Assembly (NCBI GenBank): GCA_965279525.1
Contig: CBDIIB010000004.1
Span: 160,001 to 224,000 of the forward strand
Length of the DNA: 64,000 bases
DNA from: Tagaea sp.
GTDB taxonomy: Bacteria > Pseudomonadota > Alphaproteobacteria > CACIAM-22H2
Reading direction: 5' to 3'
Part shown: piece by piece, positions 10,055 through 18,962 of the stretch
Position numbering within the stretch: the first letter of the stretch is position 1
Layout of the letters: each line of letters begins with the position of its first letter
Notes under the pieces: generated by a model
Database searches by the model: none
What the model was told of the DNA's origin: nothing
What the model saw: only the letters and a program-made list of their open reading frames with translations
Made by a program: the position numbers and the translations under genes

Positions 10055-10243
10055 ATGCGTACTGAAATCGTGCGCATCTGCGTGGATGCGCTTCGCGAGC
10101 AGGGGATCGCCGGCGTTTCCGAAGCCACGCTGCTCGCCGATGCCGGGCACGCGGCGGCCGCCATCCGCCTGCTCGAGGATTGCCGGCCGTTGCCGGTCGT
10201 GCTGGCATTGATGGACGAGTTGCGCACGGTCCGGGCCGCGTGA
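10055..10243 (+). CDS. Small hypothetical protein (~62 aa; alternative start 10031)
   Basis: GGAAGA RBS-like sequence; stop overlaps GTG of next gene (GTGA). Confidence 0.6.
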   Translation: MRTEIVRICVDALREQGIAGVSEATLLADAGHAAAAIRLLEDCRPLPVVLALMDELRTVRAA

Positions 10244-11052
10244 CGGCCAGCAGCCGGAGCAGCCGGCCGTCCGCACTGCCGGCCGTCGAGCCGATCGACC
10301 GCAACTCGCCGATCCCGCTCTACGTGCAGGTCCGCAACCGCCTGCTGACGCTGGTCAGCTCGTGGACGGACTCCAAGCGCAATTTTCCGTCCGACGACGA
10401 ACTGAAGCAGATGTTCGCCGTCAGCCGCGCCACGGTGCGCGACGCGATGGCCGAACTCGTCGAGGCGGGCCTCCTCGACCGGACACGCGGCTCAGGCACG
10501 AAGGTCAGCCTGCGCAAGGTCGAAGAAAAGCTGACCCCGAGCATGGACATCCGCCGCCAATGGGCGGCCGAGGGTCAGCCGATCCACGTCTCGGTGCTCG
10601 CCTTCGAACGCGTCGGTGCGCCCGGCGACATCGCGCAGAGCCTCCAGGTCGCGGCAGGCGCCGAGATCCTGTTCATCAAGCGCGTGCGCTCGACCCCGCT
10701 GTCGCCCGTCGCGATCGACTGGCGATACATCCCGGCCCGGTTCGCCGGCGACATCACGCGCTTCGAGGCATCGGGTTCGATCCTCGAAGCGCTGTGGTCG
10801 CGCGCCAAGCTCAGCCACTCGAACCTGCAGATCGATGCCGGGCTTTCCGGGATCGACGAGGTCGAGCTGCTGCACCTGCCGGCGGGCAGTCCGGTGCTGA
10901 TCCGCCATCTCGTCTATTACGATCAGGCCGGCGTGCCGGTGATGGCCGGGCGCTCGGTCCACCGGGCCGATCTGATGCGTTATTCGCTGCAGGTCGAGCT
11001 CAAGCGGCCGCCGCAGCCGGCCCGTCCGGCCAAGGGCTTGCGCAAGGATTGA
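10240..11052 (+). CDS. GntR/HutC-family regulator with UTRA domain
   Basis: PLYVQV, FPSDDEL, VSRATVRDA, RGSGT, C-terminal UTRA-like region. Confidence 0.88.
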   Translation: MTASSRSSRPSALPAVEPIDRNSPIPLYVQVRNRLLTLVSSWTDSKRNFPSDDELKQMFAVSRATVRDAMAELVEAGLLDRTRGSGTKVSLRKVEEKLTPSMDIRRQWAAEGQPIHVSVLAFERVGAPGDIAQSLQVAAGAEILFIKRVRSTPLSPVAIDWRYIPARFAGDITRFEASGSILEALWSRAKLSHSNLQIDAGLSGIDEVELLHLPAGSPVLIRHLVYYDQAGVPVMAGRSVHRADLMRYSLQVELKRPPQPARPAKGLRKD

Positions 11053-11090
11053 CTTGGGCCGCCGGTGAAAAGTACGATAAACCGTACATT
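11049..11090 (+). promoter_or_regulatory. Sigma-70-like promoter and candidate operator for the ADH-GGT unit
   Basis: TTGACT-N18-TACGAT followed by CCGTACATT. Confidence 0.5.
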
Positions 11091-11116
11091 TATCCCGGAA
11101 AGGCTTCGAACACCCC

Positions 11117-12289
11117 ATGACCGCCGCACCCAGCGACTTCGTCTTCGTCCATTCCAACCGGCGCGTCGTCCATGGCTGGGGGGCGATCGAGAAGCTGAAG
11201 GCGCTTGCCGAGGAAGCCGGCTGCCGCAAGGCGGCGGTCGTCCTCGACGGCTTCTTCCTGTCCCAGCCGATCGCGGGAAAGCTCGCCGACCTGCTGGCAC
11301 TGCCGGGCGGGGCCGCCGACCTGATCGGCGTGCCGACGCACGAGCCCGACACCGACACGATCGAGGCGTGCCGCAAGCACCTTGCGGACAGCAAAGCCGA
11401 CTTCATCGTGGCACTCGGCGGCGGCTCCGCGATGGACACGGCGAAGATCGCGCGCATGCTGCTTTCCAATCCGGGTCCGGTCGAAGGGATCGCCGGCTTC
11501 GGCAAGAAGCTTGCCCCGCACGCAAGCCTGCTGGTCTGCGTGCCCACGACCGCAGGCACGGGCAGCGAGGTTTCCGAATCCGCGATCGCCGGCAAGCCCG
11601 GTTCGGACGTGAAGCTCATCTTCCGTTCGCAGGACATGACACCGCACATCGCGTTGCTGGACCCCGAGCTGACGGTTTCGTGCCCGGCGCGCGTCACGGC
11701 GCAGTCGGGATATGACGCGATCACGCATGCGGTCGAGGCTTTCGTCTCGAAAATGTCCGGGCCGATGACGGACCCGTTCGCAGTCAGCGCCTTCACGCTG
11801 CTGGCGCGCTGGCTGCCGGTCGCCTACACCGAGCCGACAAACCGGGCCGCGCGCGCCTGGTGCCTGATCGCCTCGACGCAGGCAGCCATCGCGTTCAACA
11901 GCGCCAATCTTGGCCTCGCGCACGCCTTTGCCGCACCACTGGGCGCCCTCCATCACGTGCCGCACGGGCTGGGCAACGCGCTCGCTTTGCCGGTCGTCAC
12001 GGCGTTCAACGCGCCGGTGCTGGGCGAAAAGGGCGAGGCGATCGCCCGCGCCTTCGGGACCCGCACCGCCGCCGAGGCGATGGCGCGCTCGCGCCATGCC
12101 GTCGGCCTCGATCTCAGCCTCGACGGATTTGTGCCGGACGCGGCCGCGCGCGAGAAGGTGGCGCAGGCAGCCAGCCGCAGCGGGCAGGTCCGCATGAATC
12201 CGCGTGCCGCCGACATCGACGACCTGCGCGCGATGCTCGACGCGATGCGCAAGCCCACGGGCGATGCGGCACCGGACTTCGCACGATGA
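11117..12289 (+). CDS. Iron-containing (group III) alcohol dehydrogenase family
   Basis: GGGSAMD, PTTAGTGSE, DAITHAVE, GLAH, VPHG metal ligands. Confidence 0.9.
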   Translation: MTAAPSDFVFVHSNRRVVHGWGAIEKLKALAEEAGCRKAAVVLDGFFLSQPIAGKLADLLALPGGAADLIGVPTHEPDTDTIEACRKHLADSKADFIVALGGGSAMDTAKIARMLLSNPGPVEGIAGFGKKLAPHASLLVCVPTTAGTGSEVSESAIAGKPGSDVKLIFRSQDMTPHIALLDPELTVSCPARVTAQSGYDAITHAVEAFVSKMSGPMTDPFAVSAFTLLARWLPVAYTEPTNRAARAWCLIASTQAAIAFNSANLGLAHAFAAPLGALHHVPHGLGNALALPVVTAFNAPVLGEKGEAIARAFGTRTAAEAMARSRHAVGLDLSLDGFVPDAAAREKVAQAASRSGQVRMNPRAADIDDLRAMLDAMRKPTGDAAPDFAR

Positions 12290-13803
12290 TCGACGCATCC
12301 GGCAGCGGGCGGCTGGCGGCGGGAACGCGCGGTGCTGTCGGTGCGGGCCATCCGGCCTCGGCACTTGCCGGTGCCACGATCCTGGCTGCCGGCGGCAACG
12401 CGCTCGACGCCTGCGTGGCGATGGCGGCGACCGACTGGATCGCGATGCCCGACATGTGCGGACCCGGCGGCGACCTGTTCGCGCTGTGGCGCGACGGCAC
12501 GGGCAAGGTGCATGCGGTGAACGGCGGCGGGGCAGCCCCAGCGGCCTACGTGCATCCGGCCGACCCGGAGAACCGCGCCGGGCTCTGCCTTGTTCCGGGT
12601 GCGCCGGCGGCGATCGAGACACTTATTTCGACAGCCTGCACGCTCGGGCGTGATGCATTGTTTGCCCCAGCGCTTGGCCTAGCCGAACGCGGCACGGTCG
12701 TGGGTGCGCGCCTAGACCGGCACCTTCAGGCGCTGCGTGACGGGCCGTTCCGCCGCGCCCTTGCCGCCGCGAACGGCGGCCGGTTGCCGCGCACCGGCGA
12801 GATCCTGAAGCTTGCGCTGCTGGGTGAGTCGCTGGCGCGCTGGGCCGCGGACGGATCGCCGGAGCGCGAACTGGAAAAGGCGGTTGTCGACTGGCGCGCC
12901 GACGGCGTTGCCGTCACGGCCGACGAGGCCCTTGGCGAACGCGCGGAGCGGACGCCCGCGATGTCGCTTCCGATGGGAGGATGGACGCTCTACGGCCAGC
13001 CGCCGATGAGCCAGGCGGTCGCCACGCTCGCCGCCATCGGCATCGCCGGGCCCGACGCGGTGCGTGACGCGGATGCGGCCTTTCGCATGCACATGGCGGT
13101 CGAAGCCTATAAATCGGCGTTCGCACGCCTGCAGGAATTCGCCGACGGCAACGACCCGGCCCGCGTCGCGTCGGCGATGCTCGAAGGACCGGGCATGCGC
13201 GCGCTGCGCGAGGCGATCGGCCCCAGGGCCGGGCAGGGGCCGGCGATGGCGCGCAACTACGGCGAGACGACGCAGGTTTCCGCGGTCGACCACGAAGGCA
13301 ATGTCTGCACGCTGATCCACAGCCTCTACCGGCCGTTCGGCGCGCGCACGCTGTCCGCGCGGACAGGCTGGATCGCGAACGACCGTGGTGCGTCGTTCAC
13401 GACGGGGCTCAACGCGCCCGCACCCCGGCGCCGGCCACGCCACACGCTGGTCGGCCTGCTGATGTCCCATCCGGAGAACGGCACCTATGCGTTCGGCACG
13501 CCGGGTGCGCAGGCGCAGACCCAGACCACGCTGCAGGTCGCGATGGGCATCATGCGCGATCCCACGCATCCGGAACTTGCGGTCGCGGCCCCGCGCTGGA
13601 GCTTCATCGGCGGCGACCAGATCGCCGTCGAGGCAAGCCTGCCGACACCCTTGCTCGACGAGATGTCCGCACGCGGTCACCGTCTGGCGCTGCGCCCGCC
13701 GGCCGACTGGCTGATGGGATCGGTGACGCTCGCGGGCTTTCGCGACGGCATCAGGATCGCCGTCGCCGATCACCGGCGCGAGGCGCTGGCGCTGGCGCTT
13801 TAG
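12286..13803 (+). CDS. Gamma-glutamyltransferase-like Ntn amidohydrolase
   Basis: GGNALDA, PDMCGPGGDLF, ETTQVSAVDHEGN nucleophile Thr, RPRHTL, GTPG. Confidence 0.85.
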   Translation: MIDASGSGRLAAGTRGAVGAGHPASALAGATILAAGGNALDACVAMAATDWIAMPDMCGPGGDLFALWRDGTGKVHAVNGGGAAPAAYVHPADPENRAGLCLVPGAPAAIETLISTACTLGRDALFAPALGLAERGTVVGARLDRHLQALRDGPFRRALAAANGGRLPRTGEILKLALLGESLARWAADGSPERELEKAVVDWRADGVAVTADEALGERAERTPAMSLPMGGWTLYGQPPMSQAVATLAAIGIAGPDAVRDADAAFRMHMAVEAYKSAFARLQEFADGNDPARVASAMLEGPGMRALREAIGPRAGQGPAMARNYGETTQVSAVDHEGNVCTLIHSLYRPFGARTLSARTGWIANDRGASFTTGLNAPAPRRRPRHTLVGLLMSHPENGTYAFGTPGAQAQTQTTLQVAMGIMRDPTHPELAVAAPRWSFIGGDQIAVEASLPTPLLDEMSARGHRLALRPPADWLMGSVTLAGFRDGIRIAVADHRREALALAL

Positions 13804-13837
13804 GGAGGCGTCCGTCGCGCTTGATCTTACCCGTTCA

Positions 13838-13863
13838 TTTATTTAAGTTAATACTTAAATAAA
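13838..13863. promoter_or_regulatory. ArsR operator palindrome
   Basis: TTTATTTAAGT-TAAT-ACTTAAATAAA, perfect 11-bp arms, 16 bp before the ArsR start. Confidence 0.75.
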
Positions 13864-13879
13864 GACTGGGTTTCCATAA

Positions 13880-14248
13880 ATGGCGCTTTCTCAGGAAGTC
13901 AGTTCCGCTTTCGCGGCCTTGGGTGACGCCACCCGGCTGGCGATCCTCAGCCGACTTGCAGACCACGGCGAATTGACCGTGCTGGAGATAGCCCAACCCT
14001 TCGACATGAGCCTGCCGGCGGTCTCGCAGCATCTGAAGGTGCTCGAGCAAGCGGGGCTCATCCTGCGTCGGCGCGACGGACAGCGCCGCCCTTGTCGGAT
14101 CCGGCCGGAACGGCTGGTGGAGGCAATGGCCTGGCTGAACTTCACGCGCAGTGCCTGGGAGGCGCGCTTCGACCGCCTCGAGCAATTTCTTCATGATGAA
14201 CCACAACACGATGATTTAAAAAGGATAAAGCATGCCCGAAAAAAGTGA
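13880..14248 (+). CDS. ArsR/SmtB-family regulator
   Basis: ALGDATRLAIL, MSLPAVSQHLKVLEQAGLI, WEARFDRL. Confidence 0.9.
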   Translation: MALSQEVSSAFAALGDATRLAILSRLADHGELTVLEIAQPFDMSLPAVSQHLKVLEQAGLILRRRDGQRRPCRIRPERLVEAMAWLNFTRSAWEARFDRLEQFLHDEPQHDDLKRIKHARKK

Positions 14249-14711
14249 TCCGCGCTTGATCTGGGCGCTGGACCGGGAGATCGTGCTCACGCGCGTGATC
14301 GACGCACCGCCGGAGCGCGTGTTCCAGGCGTGGACCGATCCCGAGCAGATCACCCAATGGTTCTCGCCGGCGGGATTCCAGAACGAGACGCTCGAGATCG
14401 ACATCCGCCCCGGCGGTCGCTGGCGTTTCATATATGTGGCGCCGGACGGCACGCGCTACGAGAACCGGATGGTGTTCCTGCGCATCGAAGCGCCGCGGCT
14501 GATCGAGATCGACCATGGGTCCGACATCGACGACGATCCGAAGCGCTTCCGCGTGACCGTCACGTTCGACGCGCAAAGCAACGTCAAGACCGTGCTGACG
14601 CTGCGCCAGTTGCATCCGACCGTCGAACAGCGTCGTGCCGGCATCGGCTTCGGCGCGGTGGAGATCGGCTTCACGACGCTCGACAAGCTTGCCAGGCATC
14701 TTGGCGCCTGA
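14232..14711 (+). CDS. SRPBCC/AHSA1 (START-like) domain protein
   Basis: REIVLTRVIDAPPERVFQAWTDP, DIRPGGRW. Confidence 0.9.
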   Translation: MPEKSDPRLIWALDREIVLTRVIDAPPERVFQAWTDPEQITQWFSPAGFQNETLEIDIRPGGRWRFIYVAPDGTRYENRMVFLRIEAPRLIEIDHGSDIDDDPKRFRVTVTFDAQSNVKTVLTLRQLHPTVEQRRAGIGFGAVEIGFTTLDKLARHLGA

Positions 14712-14773
14712 TCGGCTTTGATATTTTTAATTCCTATGATAGGATCATTCGCAACTGCCAGAGCATCGGCGGG

Positions 14774-14879
14774 GCGCTGTTTGACAACTGAATACATACG
14801 GCGGTTGCACGACGCACGTTGCAGTAACATCCCAATAACTTCAAAGGGATAAATACGTTACCGTAACCTGTCGTAACCT
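14774..14879 (+). repeat. Conserved noncoding element, copy 1
   Basis: Aligns with the reverse complement of 52044-52148, including identical 31-bp AACTTCAAAGGGATAAATACGTTACCGTAAC. Confidence 0.92.
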
Positions 14880-14894
14880 GTTTCCGCCGGCCGT

Positions 14895-15821
14895 TCAGGC
14901 CGCGCGGCGGGCGGGGCCACTTGTCGGGCCTTCGACCTCCGGGATCGGCGGGATCGGCACGTTCCAGGGGGCGACATCGGCGCGGATCTTGGCCAGCCCG
15001 TCCGCGATGATCGCGACCTCATGGTCGGGGTGCGTGGCGCCAAGGCCGTACTCTGCGGCAAGGGCGCGGGCGCGGGCGGAGCGCTTGCGCTCGTCCTCGG
15101 GCAGGTTGACGACGGCATAGACGCCGTTGAGCAGCGAGCCGCGCAGCTTCTTGGCGAACTTCTTGCCCAGCATCTCCTTGTCCTGGTCGGAAATCTGGTC
15201 GAAGAAGCGGCGCATGACGATGCGGCCGAACTGGATGTGGCGGGCCTCGTCGCGCAGGATCAGGCTGCATGCCTCGCGGATCGACTTGAAGCGCGCGTTC
15301 TCGTAACGGGCCTGCAGCAGTTCGCCGGAGAGCTGCTCGAACAGCGTGTTGACCGCCATGCCCGCGAAGAACGACATCTGCCGCTCTTCCTTCTCGTCGT
15401 GGAACTTCGGGATGATCTTCTTGAAGTAATCCGACTGCGGCACCGGCTGGTACTTGGCGAGCGCGTCGGCGATGCGGAAGCTTGCCTCGTGGTGGCGCAG
15501 TTCTTCCTGGATGAAGTTGACGACGTGCTGCTTCACCTCGAAGGGCTGGTGGCCGAAGATCGCGTCGCGCAGGCGTTCGGCACCGTACGGCGTGGCGCCA
15601 TGCTCCATCCACGCGCGCAGCGACCACCATTCGGCACCGGCCAGCCGCACTTCCTCGGGCAGGTCGGCCGAACGCAGGTCGGAGAAGTCGAGCTTGGCCG
15701 GGTCCCAGGCAAGGTCGCGCGCCTGTTCACACAGTTTCCAGATATCCGGATAGGCGAGCTCCGCCACGATCGGATAGGGGTTCGGATTCTGGGCGACTTC
15801 CTCGAGCATCGAGGCTTCCAT
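14895..15821 (-). CDS. Ferritin-like diiron-carboxylate protein
   Basis: Ligand pattern E(WMEHG)...EELRH...E(LFEQ)...DEARH. Confidence 0.8.
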   Translation of the reverse strand: MEASMLEEVAQNPNPYPIVAELAYPDIWKLCEQARDLAWDPAKLDFSDLRSADLPEEVRLAGAEWWSLRAWMEHGATPYGAERLRDAIFGHQPFEVKQHVVNFIQEELRHHEASFRIADALAKYQPVPQSDYFKKIIPKFHDEKEERQMSFFAGMAVNTLFEQLSGELLQARYENARFKSIREACSLILRDEARHIQFGRIVMRRFFDQISDQDKEMLGKKFAKKLRGSLLNGVYAVVNLPEDERKRSARARALAAEYGLGATHPDHEVAIIADGLAKIRADVAPWNVPIPPIPEVEGPTSGPARRAA

Positions 15822-15908
15822 GGCGCGGATCCTTCCGGATATTCGGGTCTTGGGGAAACGATAGGGCCGGCCCCCGGACTTGCCAAGGGCCGGCCCGCCG
15901 GTTTTCGC

Positions 15909-16901
15909 TCAGGGCGCGTTGACGATCTCCAGGATCTTGTCCATGCCGCCGAACTTGGCGGCTTCTGCCTGCAGCACGGGCTGCAACGCCGTGCGCCACG
16001 GGGTCTGGTCGATCTTGTGCTCCTTGGCGCCGCGCTGGCCCACGCGGACCATGGCCTGCGCCTCGAGGTCCATGTGGAGCTTGTTGATGTAGGCCGCCAT
16101 CTCGACGCCGGTCGTCGTCATGATCCGCTGCTGCTCGGGCGTGAGCCGCGTCCAGAACTGGCGCGAGAACGAGATCGCGCCGACGGCCCAGATGTGGCCG
16201 GTCTCGGTCAGGTTGGGGGCCGCCTCGAACAGCTTCAGCGATTCGTAAACACCCTTGGTGATGTCCATCATGTCGACGACGCCCGTCGAGAGCGCGTTGT
16301 ACGTCTCGGTGATCGGGATCGGCGACGGGTTGGCGCCCAGCGTGCGCCAGATGTTGATGTGCAGCGGGCTCTGGATGACGCGCATCTGCTTGCCGCGCAC
16401 CTCGGCGACCGTCAGCACGGGCTGGCGGCTGATCAGATGGCGCGCACCGTAGGTGAAGAAGGCGGGGACCTCGAAATTCTGAGCCCGGTAGAACGCCTTG
16501 TAGCGGTCGCCGATCGGGCCGTTGACGACGCGCTCGACATGCCCGACGTCGCGGAAGATGAAGGGCAGGTCGAAGATCTGCCCCTCGGGCACCCACGACG
16601 ACAGGGCGGCGAGCGTGATGTCGGCACCCTGGATCGAGCCCAGGCGCATGCCCTCGGCCATCTCCTTTTCGCCGCCGAGCTGCCCGCCGGCGAAGACCTG
16701 CAGTTCGACCGCTCCGCCCGTGCGTTCGCGCGCGAGGTCGCGGTAGCGATGCCACATCATCGCGTTGGGGGCCGTCTCGGGCTGCACCACGGCGATGCGG
16801 GCCTGGATGCGGTTCTGGGCCTGTGCATCGCCGGCCGTCGCAGCCAGCATGCCGACGGTGGCGAGAAGCGCCAGTCCGGTCAGTTTCCTCATTGCGGTCA
16901 T
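15909..16901 (-). CDS. dctP: TRAP transporter substrate-binding protein
   Basis: Signal peptide; GQLGGEKEM, FDLPFIF, MRVIQSP, ETYNALSTGVVD. Confidence 0.9.
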   Translation of the reverse strand: MTAMRKLTGLALLATVGMLAATAGDAQAQNRIQARIAVVQPETAPNAMMWHRYRDLARERTGGAVELQVFAGGQLGGEKEMAEGMRLGSIQGADITLAALSSWVPEGQIFDLPFIFRDVGHVERVVNGPIGDRYKAFYRAQNFEVPAFFTYGARHLISRQPVLTVAEVRGKQMRVIQSPLHINIWRTLGANPSPIPITETYNALSTGVVDMMDITKGVYESLKLFEAAPNLTETGHIWAVGAISFSRQFWTRLTPEQQRIMTTTGVEMAAYINKLHMDLEAQAMVRVGQRGAKEHKIDQTPWRTALQPVLQAEAAKFGGMDKILEIVNAP

Positions 16902-16924
16902 TCCAATTCTCCCGGGTTGAAGGT

Positions 16925-18799
16925 TCATTCCATGAGCCAGAGCAGCCCCAGCGAAACGCCGGGGATGAAGACGATGAGCGCCAGTGCCGCCACGAGGGCG
17001 GCGAAGAACGGCATGACCGCGCCGAAAACCGGCATCGCCGGCTGTTTGGTCACGGTTGCCGTGATGTAGACGAGGATGCCGACGGGCGGCGTGAGACCGC
17101 CCAGCATCAGATTGCAGATCACCATCAGGCCGAAATGCACGCCGTCGATGCCCACCGACGTGGCGAGCGGATAGAAGAGCGGGGCGAGGATAAGCATCGC
17201 GGCGCCGATGTCGAGGAGCATGCCCGCCACGAGCATCACGCCATTCATGAACAGCAGGATCGACCATTCCGAGACGAGGGACGAGCGAGCGAACTCGAGA
17301 ACCTGGTCCGGCACGCGCTCCGTGGTCAGCACGAAGCCGAAGGGCACGGCCGCGCCGATCAGCAGGCCGATCAGGGCGGAATCGACCGCAGTCTGGGAAA
17401 GCACGTTCCAAAGCTCGCGCGGACTGTACGCGCGGAAGACGAATACGCCCAGCACGAACGCGTAGGCGACGGCGATGGCACCCACCTCGGTCGGCGTCGC
17501 GATGCCGAACCGCAGCGCCGCGATGATGAAGATCGCGAGGAAGAGCACCGGTACGGCCGCGCGGCCGGCATGCAGGCGCTCGGCCCAGCTTGCGCGCTCG
17601 CCCGAGGCCTTGTAGCCGTGGCGCCGCGCGACGATCCACACGGTGAGCATCAAGGCACCCGCATAGAGCAGGCCAGGGACGATGCCGGCGACGAACATCT
17701 GGCCGACGGAAATGCCCGTCGCGGCCGACACGATCAGCATCGCCACGGAGGGCGGGATGATGTTGTCGATGACGGCGGCGGCCGCGCAGACGGCGGCCGA
17801 GAAGGTCGTGCGGTAGCCGCCGGCGACCATCGCGGGGTAGAGCATGCGGGCGTTCAGCGCCGCGTTCGCGTTCGAGCTGCCCGATACGCCCGAATAGAGC
17901 GTGGCGGAGATGACCGTGACCTGCGCGATGCCGCCGCGGAAGTGCCGCGCCAGCGTGGCCGCGAAATCGATCAGGCGCTGGGTCAGGCCGCCGATATTCA
18001 TCAGCGAACCCGCCAGCAGGAAAAGCGGGATCGCCAGCAGGATGAACTGGCCCGAACCGCGCACGATGTTCTGCACGATCGCCGGTGCCGGCAGCACACC
18101 GGCGGACAGGTCGACGGTGAACACCGCGGCAAGCATCGAGAATGCGACGGGAACGCCGAGCAGCATGGCGGCAACGAAGGTGGCCGTCATGACCACGGCA
18201 GGGTCGCCCTGCGGGATCGAAAGCAGGTTCATGCCGTTGAACGCCGCGTAGAACGCCGTACCCGCCAGCGCGCCGACAAGACCCAGCCAGCGGTCGTCCG
18301 CGCGGTCGAGATCGCGCAGCACGAGATAGACGAGGCCGAAGATGCAGCTCGCGGGAATCCCCGCATATTGCAGCCAGCCCGGCAGCGCCAGTGCGGCACT
18401 CGTGCCGCCGATCATGTCGATGATCTCGCGCGCGCCGAACAGCATGGCGATCGTCGTATATGTCACGATCCCGTCGACCAGGACCTGATGGATCCGCTTG
18501 AGGCCGTCGGGGAGCATCTGGTCGATGGCACCGATCGAAAGATGCATGCGCTCGCGGTGGGCGAGCGGGATGCCGAGGAAAATTAGATAGATGAAAAGCC
18601 ACTGTGCCGCTTCGCCCGTCCAGGTCAGCGAAGCCGAGAAGACATAGCGCGACGTGACCCCGGCGATCGTCAGCAGCGAGATCGAGACGAGACAGAAGAC
18701 GGCGAGGACGGTGAGCACCCGGTCAAGGGTATCGAGCACCCGGCGTGCCGCCGGGTGTGCGGACGCGGCGGGCAGCACGTGACCGGCTGCAGGCGTCAT
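16925..18799 (-). CDS. Fused TRAP DctQ-DctM permease
   Basis: N-terminal DctQ-like helices then LAIPLFLLAG, SGVSGSS, IIPPS, TPPVG. Confidence 0.9.
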   Translation of the reverse strand: MTPAAGHVLPAASAHPAARRVLDTLDRVLTVLAVFCLVSISLLTIAGVTSRYVFSASLTWTGEAAQWLFIYLIFLGIPLAHRERMHLSIGAIDQMLPDGLKRIHQVLVDGIVTYTTIAMLFGAREIIDMIGGTSAALALPGWLQYAGIPASCIFGLVYLVLRDLDRADDRWLGLVGALAGTAFYAAFNGMNLLSIPQGDPAVVMTATFVAAMLLGVPVAFSMLAAVFTVDLSAGVLPAPAIVQNIVRGSGQFILLAIPLFLLAGSLMNIGGLTQRLIDFAATLARHFRGGIAQVTVISATLYSGVSGSSNANAALNARMLYPAMVAGGYRTTFSAAVCAAAAVIDNIIPPSVAMLIVSAATGISVGQMFVAGIVPGLLYAGALMLTVWIVARRHGYKASGERASWAERLHAGRAAVPVLFLAIFIIAALRFGIATPTEVGAIAVAYAFVLGVFVFRAYSPRELWNVLSQTAVDSALIGLLIGAAVPFGFVLTTERVPDQVLEFARSSLVSEWSILLFMNGVMLVAGMLLDIGAAMLILAPLFYPLATSVGIDGVHFGLMVICNLMLGGLTPPVGILVYITATVTKQPAMPVFGAVMPFFAALVAALALIVFIPGVSLGLLWLME

Positions 18800-18879
18800 C
18801 GGAATGCCGTCACCATGTCGGATCGCGCGTCCTGTCGTGAGTTCCGGGACACGTGAAAGGGCACGGTCCCACCGATACG

Positions 18880-18934
18880 ATCCTCAAGCGACCGGCGAAG
18901 CCAAGTCAATATAAATATGATTGTCCGTACATTA
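18880..18934 (-). promoter_or_regulatory. Promoter and HutC-like operator for the TRAP-diiron unit
   Basis: TTGACTTGG on minus strand (18901-18909); imperfect palindrome ATTGTCCGTACATT (18920-18933). Confidence 0.5.
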
Positions 18935-18962
18935 AGAATTTCAAGCGCTCGCTCTCCGGTGC

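Noticed and set aside
14774-14879. Element as an integron attC site or Xer dif site
   Set aside because: No RYYYAAC...GTTRRRY ends in the required order, no 11-6-11 XerC/D layout and no integrase in the window; only a conceptual resemblance
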